DNA of 40,198 nucleotides from a virus. The number at the start of each line of letters is the position of its first letter. Position 1 is the first letter of the stretch. Under the pieces are notes generated by a model. That model made no database searches. It had not been told where the DNA came from and saw only the letters and a program-made list of their open reading frames with translations. The stretch covers positions 1-40,198 of IMG/VR virus record IMGVR_UViG_3300045988_096677; one strand, written 5' to 3'. A program made the translations under genes and the position numbers. This document shows, one piece after another, positions 14,965 to 23,539 of this stretch.

Positions 14965-15634
14965 GCCGTATTTCGATTTCCAACAGTCGGGCGAACAGGC
15001 CGACATCTACATTTTCGGGGATATCACGTCTTACCCGTATCTGGACAGCGATACCAGCGCATACCGTCTGGCTCAGCAGTTGCAGAAGGCCGGTGATCTG
15101 GCCGAGATCAACATCCACATTGACAGCTACGGCGGCGAGGTTTCGGAAGGGTTTGCAATCTACAACGCGATCCGAAACAAAAACGCCCGGGTCAATACCT
15201 ATGCCGATGGCTTTGTGGCAAGTGCTGCGATCTATCCGTTTCTGGCCGGTGATCAGCGGGTGGCAAACAATGTCAGCGCGTTCTATTTTCACCCGGCGAT
15301 CGGCGGACAGTACGGCTACGCGGAAGACCTGCGGGAAGCGGCAGATGAGCTGGACAAGCTGACCGAGATCGGTCTGGGCGCATTCACCGCGGCCGGCATG
15401 ACCGAGCAGGCTGCGCGTGACCTCATCAAGAGCAAGACATGGTATGCGCCGGAGGCGATGCTCGAAATGGGTCTTGCTACCAGCATCCAGAAGCAGGGCG
15501 ACAGTAAGATGGCAACGCAGAGCGTCCGCGATCTGATCGTCCGGCAGATGCTGACCACGCCTGCCCCGCCCGCTCCCCCGAAAGAGCCGGAGCAAAAGAA
15601 ACCGACGCTTTTTGACCTGTTTGCCAAAATCTGA
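14957..15634 (+). CDS. ClpP-like prohead (head maturation) protease
   Basis: ATG 14957 after aaggagggg. INIHIDSYGGEVSEGFAIYNAI and ADGFVASAAIY are ClpP/S14-type motifs. Confidence 0.9.
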   Translation: MPKPYFDFQQSGEQADIYIFGDITSYPYLDSDTSAYRLAQQLQKAGDLAEINIHIDSYGGEVSEGFAIYNAIRNKNARVNTYADGFVASAAIYPFLAGDQRVANNVSAFYFHPAIGGQYGYAEDLREAADELDKLTEIGLGAFTAAGMTEQAARDLIKSKTWYAPEAMLEMGLATSIQKQGDSKMATQSVRDLIVRQMLTTPAPPAPPKEPEQKKPTLFDLFAKI

Positions 15635-15646
15635 AAATTCAGCCGT

Positions 15647-15674
15647 AAAGCCGCACCCGAAAGGGCGCGGCTTT
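15647..15674 (+). terminator. Hairpin between the protease and capsid genes (possible attenuating terminator)
   Basis: aaagccgcaccc-gaaa-gggcgcggcttt, one mismatch, followed by ctcaat (weak U tract). Confidence 0.35.
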
Positions 15675-15700
15675 CTCAATACAAGAAAAGGAGCAAAACC

Positions 15701-17188
15701 ATGAATCTCAAGGACTTTTGGAAGAAGAACCAGAAGATCACTGCCCTGCGGGAGACGTTCCAGCAGGCAATCAAGGACAACGACAGCGAGAAGTTTGCAA
15801 ACTCGTTCGAGCAGCTGATGACCGCCATTGGTGAGGAAATCGGCAACGAGTACCAGAACGAGATCGACGGTCTGCGCCAGTCCTTTGACGGCAGTGTTCT
15901 TCAGGCTCGCGGCGTGCGCCAGCTGACCACCGAGGAATCCAACTACTATCAGGCGTTCGCCAAGGCTGCACGTTCGGCCAACCCCAAGCAGGAACTGGAG
16001 AACCTGAATGTCGTTATGCCTGAAACCATCATCTCCAGCGTACTGGATGACCTGCGCTCTGACCACCCGCTGCTGAGTCACATCCAGTTTACGACCACCG
16101 GCGGCGCGATCCGCATGATGGTCAACACCGACGGCTATCAGGAGGCGGCATGGGGCGACCTATGCGACTCCATCATTAAGGAGCTGACCTCCGGTTTCAA
16201 GGAGATCGACGCTGGCCTGTTCAAGCTGTCGGCGTTCATTCCGGTCTGCAACGCCATGCTCGACCTTGGCCCCGTCTGGCTGGATCGCTACATCCGCGCA
16301 ATTCTGGCCGAGGCCATTGCCAACGGCCTCGAAGTCGGCATTGTGGTCGGCAACGGCGACAAGAAGCCCATCGGCATGACCCGCGACGTCGGCGCAAACG
16401 TTGCCGTGGTCGGCGGCAAGTATCCCGAGAAGGCAAAGATCAAGGTGACGGACTTTGAGCCGAAAACCCTCGGCAATCTGATCTCGCTGGTCGTCGTGAC
16501 CGCCAACGGCAAAAACCGCAAGACCAACGATCTGATCCTGCTGGTCAACCCGCAGGATTATTTCCAGCTGGTCATGCCTGCCACGACCGTCCGTGCGCCG
16601 GATGGCACCTACCGCAACGACGTGCTTCCCTACCCCATCACTGTGATCCAGACCGCTGCACTTTCCCGCGGTGAGGCTGTGTTCGGCATGGGCCGCCAGT
16701 ATTTCGCGGCGGTCGGCATGGGTAAGGATGGCCGCATTGAGTATGACGACAGCGTGCGTTTCCTCGAGGATCAGCGCGTGTACAAGGCCAAGCTGTACGC
16801 AAACGGCCTGCCGCTGGACAACAATGCCTTCCTGCATCTGGATGTTTCCGGCCTGCGCCCCATCTCCTACCGCGTGACCACCGTTCCTGAACCGACTGCC
16901 TCCGACGACGCAACGCTGACCGCCCTGAAGATCGGCAGTCTGACTCTGTCGCCTGAGTTTGCGGCTGGCACTGTGAGCTACACTGCCGCCACCACTGCAT
17001 CGACCAATACCATCCTTGCAACTCCGGCATCTGCCTCTGCAAAGATCAAGGTCAAGGTCGGCAGCGTCGAGATCGACAACGGCAAACCGGCAACGTGGGC
17101 GGAAGGCTCCAACACCGTGACCATTACCGTGACCGCTGAGGATGGCACCACCACCAAGACTTACACCGTCACGGTCACGAAATCCTGA
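15701..17188 (+). CDS. Major capsid protein (HK97 fold) with a C-terminal cadherin-like beta-sandwich domain
   Basis: SD aaaggag. N-terminal delta-like coiled region, then the capsid core. The last ~95 aa (nt 16901-17185) read DATLTALKIGSLTLSPEF...VSYTA...NTVTITVTAEDGTTTKTYTVTVTK. Confidence 0.9.
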   Translation: MNLKDFWKKNQKITALRETFQQAIKDNDSEKFANSFEQLMTAIGEEIGNEYQNEIDGLRQSFDGSVLQARGVRQLTTEESNYYQAFAKAARSANPKQELENLNVVMPETIISSVLDDLRSDHPLLSHIQFTTTGGAIRMMVNTDGYQEAAWGDLCDSIIKELTSGFKEIDAGLFKLSAFIPVCNAMLDLGPVWLDRYIRAILAEAIANGLEVGIVVGNGDKKPIGMTRDVGANVAVVGGKYPEKAKIKVTDFEPKTLGNLISLVVVTANGKNRKTNDLILLVNPQDYFQLVMPATTVRAPDGTYRNDVLPYPITVIQTAALSRGEAVFGMGRQYFAAVGMGKDGRIEYDDSVRFLEDQRVYKAKLYANGLPLDNNAFLHLDVSGLRPISYRVTTVPEPTASDDATLTALKIGSLTLSPEFAAGTVSYTAATTASTNTILATPASASAKIKVKVGSVEIDNGKPATWAEGSNTVTITVTAEDGTTTKTYTVTVTKS

Positions 17189-17517
17189 TGAGTACCGCAC
17201 TGGACGACCTGCGGCCGGTGCTGCTCCCGGACATCAAGAACTATCTTGATCTGACTTGGGCTGACGACAAGATGGACGCGAAGATCTGGGACATTGCGAC
17301 CGGCGGCATGGCCTACCTCAACGGAAAGATCGGCGATGAGCAGAACTACACTCTGCCCGGTCTTGCCCGGAGCCTGCTGCTCGACTACATCCGCTACGCC
17401 CGCGACGGTGCAGCGGATATCTTCGAGAACAACTACCGGCATCTGATTTTGGCAGCTCAGAACGAAAGGCGGGTGACGGCGTATGGCGCGGAAGCTCCCG
17501 ACCCGCCCGACGGCTGA
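17188..17517 (+). CDS. Head-tail connector (gp6-like) protein
   Basis: ATG overlaps the capsid stop (TGATG). About 109 aa. Synteny. Confidence 0.7.
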   Translation: MSTALDDLRPVLLPDIKNYLDLTWADDKMDAKIWDIATGGMAYLNGKIGDEQNYTLPGLARSLLLDYIRYARDGAADIFENNYRHLILAAQNERRVTAYGAEAPDPPDG

Positions 17518-17890
17518 GATCAGCCAGAATTTCAACGGCGGCGTGGTGCAAATCTCTTCGACCAGCGACGCCGCCAAGCCCGGATTCCAGACGCTGATCC
17601 AGCTGACCCCAAAAGTGACGCTTCGGTACGAAGAAAAGCGGCTTGGGATCAACCGCCTCTATCTCAGCCGTGAAAACATGGCGGAGATCGTCCGGGTGAT
17701 CCGAGTGCCGCGGTCGGCGGTGACGATCTCGAGCCAGGACGTGGCGCAGACCGAGGACGGCCAGAAATACCGCATCGACACGGTGCAGGCCGTTGAGGAC
17801 TGCTGGCCGCCTGCGCTGGATCTGTCGCTGCGGGCAGTCGAGGCGGATTTTGACCGGCGATTGGAGGATGACAGCAATGGCGTGGTATGA
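17483..17890 (+). CDS. Head closure / head-tail adaptor protein
   Basis: Size and synteny. The pattern NRLYLSRENMAEIVRVIRVP...YRIDTV is typical of SPP1 gp16-like proteins. Confidence 0.65.
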   Translation: MARKLPTRPTAEISQNFNGGVVQISSTSDAAKPGFQTLIQLTPKVTLRYEEKRLGINRLYLSRENMAEIVRVIRVPRSAVTISSQDVAQTEDGQKYRIDTVQAVEDCWPPALDLSLRAVEADFDRRLEDDSNGVV

Positions 17891-18230
17891 CTGCATCATT
17901 GCCGCCCACACTGCCGTGACCGATCAGGTAAGCCACGGCGGGCGGCTGAAATCTGACCGGTTTTTCGTCTGGCAGGAATCCGCGCCGCGGGACCTGCTGG
18001 CCGATGGCTCCCACTGCGAGCGGGTATACCGCGGCTCGACCGATCTGTATACCACACAGGAATTCGACCCGTGGGCGGAAGCGTTCGAGGCGTCGCTGAA
18101 CAGCCGCGACAACGTCGCGTGGAGCTGCAACGGCAAGTGGCCGGACGAATCCAATACCCGCTTCTGGCACTATGAGTGGCTGTGGGAGGTGACGGACTGT
18201 GGCGAGGATCACGTCGCGGAAAGCGACTGA
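17877..18230 (+). CDS. Tail-proximal structural protein, hypothetical (117 aa)
   Basis: Internal ATG of track ORF 17793..18230, overlapping the previous stop. Synteny only. Confidence 0.5.
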   Translation: MAWYDCIIAAHTAVTDQVSHGGRLKSDRFFVWQESAPRDLLADGSHCERVYRGSTDLYTTQEFDPWAEAFEASLNSRDNVAWSCNGKWPDESNTRFWHYEWLWEVTDCGEDHVAESD

Positions 18231-18720
18231 GTACCTGCGGCAGCTGGAAAATCTCAGCGACCACACGGATGACATCTGCAAAATGGCGGTCTATGAGGGC
18301 GCAAAGGTGGTGGCCGACGCGATCCACCAATCCATTGATGAGATCACTGTCCATAGCCTCCCGGAAGGGAAAAAATATTATTACCTGAGCGACAAGGCGA
18401 GAGCGTCGGGCGAAATGCTGGACGGCGTGACCAAAGAGCAGGCGCAAGGCCTGAAAGACGGTCTCGGCGTCGCGGTCATGGAATACAAGGGCAAGGCGTG
18501 GAATACCAAGATCGGTTTCGACGGTTACAACTCCGTCAAGACCGAAAAATACCCCAACGGTCAGCCCAACGCACTGATCGCCCGCAGCGTCGAGAGCGGG
18601 AGCCTCGTGCGCAACAAGACCCCCTTCATCGCGCCTGCGGTGGAAAAAATCAAAAAGACCGCAGAAGACAAGATGGCCGTGACCGTGCAGCAGCAGATCG
18701 CGGCTCTGACCAAAGAATAA
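18199..18720 (+). CDS. HK97 gp10-like tail completion protein
   Basis: N-terminal LRQLENLSDHTDDICKMAVYEGAKVVADAI pattern, size and synteny. Confidence 0.65.
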   Translation: MARITSRKATEYLRQLENLSDHTDDICKMAVYEGAKVVADAIHQSIDEITVHSLPEGKKYYYLSDKARASGEMLDGVTKEQAQGLKDGLGVAVMEYKGKAWNTKIGFDGYNSVKTEKYPNGQPNALIARSVESGSLVRNKTPFIAPAVEKIKKTAEDKMAVTVQQQIAALTKE

Positions 18721-18725
18721 TCACC

Positions 18726-18761
18726 GGGAGGTGTCCACTGTGGACACCTCCCTCATTTTTT
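18726..18761 (+). terminator. Rho-independent terminator (13-bp stem GGGAGGTGTCCAC/GTGGACACCTCCC plus T tract)
   Basis: Perfect stem at 18726-18738 and 18740-18752, followed by tcatttttt. Confidence 0.75.
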
Positions 18762-18774
18762 AAGGAGGACAAAA

Positions 18775-19401
18775 ATGGCAGCAAATGTAAGCGGCGGCGT
18801 CGCAACCGGCTTTTCGGACATCCATGTTGCACTCTATTCGGCGGAAGACGGCGGCACCGTCAAGTATACCAGCGTCCGCAAGCTGGGGCGGAGTGTCAGC
18901 ATGAGCACCGACATTTCCACCAGCGACGACAACAATTTCTATGCCGACGATGTTCTGGCCGAAACCGAGACCGGCTCTGCTTTCACGGACGGCTCTGGCT
19001 CCATCGCAGTGGACGGCCTGAGCTCGGAGGAAGAGGCCTTCATCATGGGGCTTGCGACCGGCAACAGCTATGAGGTATCCGGCAGCACCAGCGTGGAGAC
19101 CTACGAGTACGGCGAAAGCATGAATCCGCCCTTCCTCGGTCTTGGCGCGGTCAAGATGGTGCAGCGGAACGGCAAGAGCTCTTGGAAGGCGATCATTCTG
19201 ACCAAGATCCGCTTCAAGGTACCGGGCGACGATCTGACCACCAAGGGCGATCAGATCGACTGGCAGACCCAGAGCCTCGATTTCACCATCATGCGCGACG
19301 ACAGCTCGATGGCGCGGTGGAAGATCATCCCCAAGACGGAATTCACCACCCGCGCGGATGCGATTGCGTTCGTCAAGAAGGTTCTCGGGGGTGAGGTCTG
19401 A
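18775..19401 (+). CDS. Major tail protein
   Basis: SD aaggagg upstream. About 208 aa. Directly precedes the G/GT chaperone pair and tape measure. Confidence 0.8.
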   Translation: MAANVSGGVATGFSDIHVALYSAEDGGTVKYTSVRKLGRSVSMSTDISTSDDNNFYADDVLAETETGSAFTDGSGSIAVDGLSSEEEAFIMGLATGNSYEVSGSTSVETYEYGESMNPPFLGLGAVKMVQRNGKSSWKAIILTKIRFKVPGDDLTTKGDQIDWQTQSLDFTIMRDDSSMARWKIIPKTEFTTRADAIAFVKKVLGGEV

Positions 19402-19820
19402 TGGATAACAAGTATCTTGCGTGGGCTGACATCAAGGGCACCAAGTATCCGCTCTGTCTGAGCATTGGCTCGTCCGCTGCGCTGGAAGAGGCGTTCGGTT
19501 CCGTCACCGGCGTGGTCAACTGCATCGTCCAGCACGCCGACAACAACGAGATCTCGGAGTTGATGCGCTCCATCCTCAAGGCGGCGCGGCCGCTGGCACA
19601 GGCCGGTCAAAGCTATCTTACGGGCACAGCTCTGCTGACCGGCCAGCCGATCGACGACATCCCGGAGTTTCCGGCGGATGAAGTGCTTTCCGCCGTCCTG
19701 TCCGCAAACGAGATGCTGGAACTGTGGACGGCCTGTCTCACAGCGATGCGGGTCGGCTCTGCCCGCGAGGTCGAGGTTGCCAAGGACAACAGCCCAAAAA
19801 ACGCGGAAAACGCCATGTGA
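19401..19820 (+). CDS. Tail assembly chaperone (G-like)
   Basis: Position between the major tail and tape measure genes. Slippery heptamer near its 3' end. Confidence 0.75.
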   Translation: MDNKYLAWADIKGTKYPLCLSIGSSAALEEAFGSVTGVVNCIVQHADNNEISELMRSILKAARPLAQAGQSYLTGTALLTGQPIDDIPEFPADEVLSAVLSANEMLELWTACLTAMRVGSAREVEVAKDNSPKNAENAM

Positions 19821-19996
19821 TCCAGCTCAATACAACGTGGTTTCTCTATTTTGGCCGAAAATTGGGGATGAGCGAGCCGCAGGTGCTCGCTTGTCCTCTC
19901 GGCCAGATGCTGGACTATATGGCGTGTATGCAGATTGAGAACGGTGCGAATCAGAAAGTCTATCTGGACATGGACGATCTGGAAAAAATCGAGTGA
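19401..19996 (+). CDS. Tail assembly chaperone frameshift product (GT-like) made by -1 slippage at 19796-19802
   Basis: The -1 frame ORF (track 19724..19996) stays open and continues ...KKRGKRHVIQLNTTWF... after A_AAA_AAC. Confidence 0.6.
19796..19802 (+). promoter_or_regulatory. Programmed -1 ribosomal frameshift slippery heptamer A_AAA_AAC
   Basis: Zero-frame codons cca aaa aac at 19794-19802. Frame arithmetic fits: 19401 is frame 3 and 19724 is frame 2. Confidence 0.65.
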
Positions 19997-20010
19997 GGAG
20001 GTGACGGACT

Positions 20011-22848
20011 GTGGCAAAAACCGATATCGGCCCCAGAATCAGCGTTGAGGGCGAAAACGAATACAAAAAACAGATGAAAAACATCATCCAGCAGCAGAAA
20101 GAATATACTGCTGAGCTGGATTCGGCGACCGCCGCCCTTGGCAAAAATTCGACGGCCCAGCAACGTGCGTCTACCGTCGCCGGTGTACTCAAAAAGCAGA
20201 TTGCGGCAAATGAGTCAGCAATCAAGCTTCAAAACATACAGCTCCAAAAAGCGGTTGAAAAGTTTGGCGCAACTAGCACGCAAGCTTCGGCATACCGAAC
20301 CTCCATCTACAAGACCAATGCGGAACTGCAAACGCTAAAATCTCGCTTATCCGATGCAGAAAACGGTCTGGGTGAATTTGCGGACGCGGCCAAAGATACC
20401 GACCTTTCCGGGATGACGGCTTCCGTCGCAAAAGGCCAGCTGCTTGCATCGGCGTTTCAGACGATTGGCAAGGCCGCACTGGATGCAGGGCAAAAAGTCG
20501 TTACAACCGGCGTTGCCTACAATGCCCAGATCGAGCAGTATCAGGTCGCCTTGACCAATATGCTCGGGAGCGAGGATCAGGCAATCGAAGTCCTCAATCA
20601 GATCAAGGAGGATGCAGCCCGGACACCATTCAGCGTTGAAAATTTGGTCGAAGCAAATCGCTACCTTATATCAACTGGAGTTAATGCGGAGTCCTCCCGG
20701 CAGACCATCCTCGCACTGGGCGATGCAGTTTCAGCCACCGGCGGCGGCAACGAAGAGCTGAGCCGGATGGCACAGAATTTGCAGCAGATCAAGAACGCCG
20801 GAAAAGCGACGTCGGCAGACATCAAGCAGTTTGCCTACGCCGGTATCGACGTATACGGCATTCTGGCGGACTACACCGGCAAATCCACGGCGGAAGTCCA
20901 AAAAATGACCGTCACCTATGACCTGCTGACCGCTGCTCTGGAAAACGCATCCAGTGAGGGTGGGCGTTATTACGGCGCGATGCAGACCCAGAGCGAGACC
21001 CTGAACGGCGAGTGGAACACCCTCAAGGACAACGCAACCCAGCTGGCGGGCGTTATGACCGAGGATCTGACCAACGGCCTGAAAATGATGGTCGAAAACG
21101 CCAACGATTTTGTGCTTGCCGCGCAAGACGCATACGATACCGGCGGATGGATCGGACTGGCGGACGCGATCACCGATTGCATGGGTCCGATCAGCAACCT
21201 CAAGGCTGGTTTCGAGTCGTTTGCGACCAGCTCGATATCTTGGCTCGACCAGTTGAGCTATAAGCTCAACAAGGCGTTGGGGAAAGAGGCTTACTCCGGG
21301 TATGACACATACGAGGAGTACCGCAAAGCCGCCGACGAGCAAAAAAAGGCCGACGAACGGCACAAAAAAGCACTGGCAGAATTTAACAGCGGAAAATACA
21401 GCCAAGGAAAACAGTATGACCGGCTGCACCCGAAAACCACGACCGGTGGAGATACCGGCGGCGACAGCTCTGGATCAAGCGGTAGTGCCAAAAAAGCCGC
21501 TGCCGACCAGAAGAAACTAGCTCAGAGCGTCACCGACACATCCACCCAGATGCTCGAGGGCACCGGGAACATCGTTGGCGCGATCAAGCAGGTAACGGAA
21601 ACCGCCGACAACACCTACAACGTCTACGACGGCACCACCGGCAAGCTCAAAGAGACCACCACCGAAACAGCCCAGACCATCACCAAGACGTGGACGGAAG
21701 TAGTGGACGGCGTCCAGAAAAATTTCAAGCAGGTGGACACTCTGCTGGACGGCGTGGTTCAGAAAACGCAGATCACAAGCGATGCGGTCAGCCAGACACA
21801 GACCAGTAAGCAGCAGTCCTCTCAAAAAATCTATGGGATGGAAGGCGTTATTGGCGCAGTAGACCGGGCAACAACGATCACGACGGAAACCCAGAAGGTG
21901 TGGAATGAAGCGACCGGCGAATACGAGGAAAAAGCCGTTGCAACCGGAAAAGTTGTGGTCGATACGTTTGTACGAATGGTGGACGGCGTCAAACAGTCTG
22001 TGACCCAAACGAAAACGTACATCGGCGATGTCTGCACGGATACGCAGGAATCAATTAACGTTCTGAGCGACGAGATCGTTGGTATTCAGGGCACGGTCGG
22101 CGGGTTCACAAAATTCATCCTTGACCTCGATACCAAGCTGGGCGGGCTGGAAACCGTGGCCAACAACCTGAGCAACAGCCCGCTCGGGAATTGGTTTTCC
22201 GACCTTACCAAGGGATATCGGGCAGATGACAGCTTCTGGGATAATATCAACCTTGTCAGTCTGGCGGGCAGTGCGGTCAGCGGAGGAATTAGTGGCTATA
22301 AGCTGACCGGCAGCCCTTACGGAGCAGCGGCCGGCGCGATCATTGGCGTAATCGGCAACCTGCTGGGCACGGCGATCAGCACAGATGCGGATACTTGGGG
22401 CGGCGACCTTGTCACCAGCATGGCTGGCGGCATGGAAAAGGCTGCTCCGGAGATTGCTGCAGCGGCCTCCGACATTGGCAAGACGATTTCCAGCTTCCTG
22501 CATTTTTCCTGCCCCGACGTCGGTCCATTGACCGAGTACGAGACGTGGATGCCAGACATGGTCGAGGGCATGGCGGAAGGAATCCGGAAAAACACCTACA
22601 AGATCCGGGATGCTGCCGCTGATCTGAGCGGACAGCTCCAGATGCAGCTCCAGTATGACGTCGGCCAGACCGGTGCTGCATCCCAGACCACCAACAACCG
22701 CACCGTCCGGATGGGCGGAGTCACGGTGCAAGTCTATGCCGCACCCGGTCAGAGTGCGGAAGAAGTTGCGGACTCCGTCCTCGAGCGGCTGCAATGGAAG
22801 ATCAATCAGGAGGCTGCAAGCATTGGCGAACCACTACCTGTACTATAA
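20011..22848 (+). CDS. Tape measure protein (945 aa, GTG start)
   Basis: Longest ORF in the tail module. N-terminal coiled coil, with Gly-rich hydrophobic segments near the C-terminus. Confidence 0.9.
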   Translation: MAKTDIGPRISVEGENEYKKQMKNIIQQQKEYTAELDSATAALGKNSTAQQRASTVAGVLKKQIAANESAIKLQNIQLQKAVEKFGATSTQASAYRTSIYKTNAELQTLKSRLSDAENGLGEFADAAKDTDLSGMTASVAKGQLLASAFQTIGKAALDAGQKVVTTGVAYNAQIEQYQVALTNMLGSEDQAIEVLNQIKEDAARTPFSVENLVEANRYLISTGVNAESSRQTILALGDAVSATGGGNEELSRMAQNLQQIKNAGKATSADIKQFAYAGIDVYGILADYTGKSTAEVQKMTVTYDLLTAALENASSEGGRYYGAMQTQSETLNGEWNTLKDNATQLAGVMTEDLTNGLKMMVENANDFVLAAQDAYDTGGWIGLADAITDCMGPISNLKAGFESFATSSISWLDQLSYKLNKALGKEAYSGYDTYEEYRKAADEQKKADERHKKALAEFNSGKYSQGKQYDRLHPKTTTGGDTGGDSSGSSGSAKKAAADQKKLAQSVTDTSTQMLEGTGNIVGAIKQVTETADNTYNVYDGTTGKLKETTTETAQTITKTWTEVVDGVQKNFKQVDTLLDGVVQKTQITSDAVSQTQTSKQQSSQKIYGMEGVIGAVDRATTITTETQKVWNEATGEYEEKAVATGKVVVDTFVRMVDGVKQSVTQTKTYIGDVCTDTQESINVLSDEIVGIQGTVGGFTKFILDLDTKLGGLETVANNLSNSPLGNWFSDLTKGYRADDSFWDNINLVSLAGSAVSGGISGYKLTGSPYGAAAGAIIGVIGNLLGTAISTDADTWGGDLVTSMAGGMEKAAPEIAAAASDIGKTISSFLHFSCPDVGPLTEYETWMPDMVEGMAEGIRKNTYKIRDAAADLSGQLQMQLQYDVGQTGAASQTTNNRTVRMGGVTVQVYAAPGQSAEEVADSVLERLQWKINQEAASIGEPLPVL

Positions 22849-23539
22849 CGACCACAGCAGCCGTGCGTATTACTGCCACATCGAGCACAAGCCCAAGATC
22901 CCGACCCCGGCTCCGAAATATGAGGAGTACGAGGTGGGCGGGCGGAACGGCAAGCTCCACGCGGATCTGGGGTACTACGATAACATCAAGATATCCTATG
23001 AGATCTACTATCACGGCAAGGAGCCAACGGCAGCGGTGGCACGGTCGGTCAAGACTTGGCTGGCCGGAGCACCGGGTGCGCACCGGCTGGCTGACAGCTA
23101 CGACCCCGGATTTTTTTACAACGCGACCGCGACGGTCGGCGACATCACCAACGTGCTCAACAAGTACGGACGCTTCACGGTCGAGTTCGACTGCGACCCC
23201 CGCCACTTCTCGGTGGACGGCCAGCGGTCGGAATTCCTGACCAACGGCCAGAAGCTCCGGAACCCTTTCCCGCAGACGGCTCTCCCGAAGCTGGTCATCT
23301 CCGGCAACGGCGAGACCGGAACGCTGAGCATCAACGGCGAGACGCTGGACGTCGGCACCTACTCCGACACGCAGATCGTGGTGGATGGTGAAAACCAGAA
23401 CGCCTACACCCTGAGTGGACTGTCGGCCAACAATCGCATCTATGGGATGCTCCCCTCCCTGCCGGAGGGTGAAAATGTTATCAGCTGGAGCGGAGGGATC
23501 ACCGCTGTCCTGCTGACCCCGAGGTGGTGGACGCTATGA
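22823..23539 (+). CDS. Distal tail protein (Dit-like), TTG start
   Basis: No ATG is available after the TMP stop. TTG 22823 lies 9 nt after AGGAGG (22808-22813). In frame with track ORF 22655..23539. Synteny TMP-Dit-Tal. Confidence 0.65.
   Translation: MANHYLYYNDHSSRAYYCHIEHKPKIPTPAPKYEEYEVGGRNGKLHADLGYYDNIKISYEIYYHGKEPTAAVARSVKTWLAGAPGAHRLADSYDPGFFYNATATVGDITNVLNKYGRFTVEFDCDPRHFSVDGQRSEFLTNGQKLRNPFPQTALPKLVISGNGETGTLSINGETLDVGTYSDTQIVVDGENQNAYTLSGLSANNRIYGMLPSLPEGENVISWSGGITAVLLTPRWWTL

Noticed and set aside
14822-16081. 419-aa minus-strand ORF antisense to the protease and capsid genes. Similar long antisense ORFs occur at 16160..17200, 20731..21429, 22051..22794, 23725..24606, 7821..8432 and 8915..9670.
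   Set aside because: They are typical high-G+C shadow ORFs. They lack SDs, have Arg/Gly/Pro/Ala-rich junk-like translations, and lie fully opposite genes with clear family signatures and operon logic.
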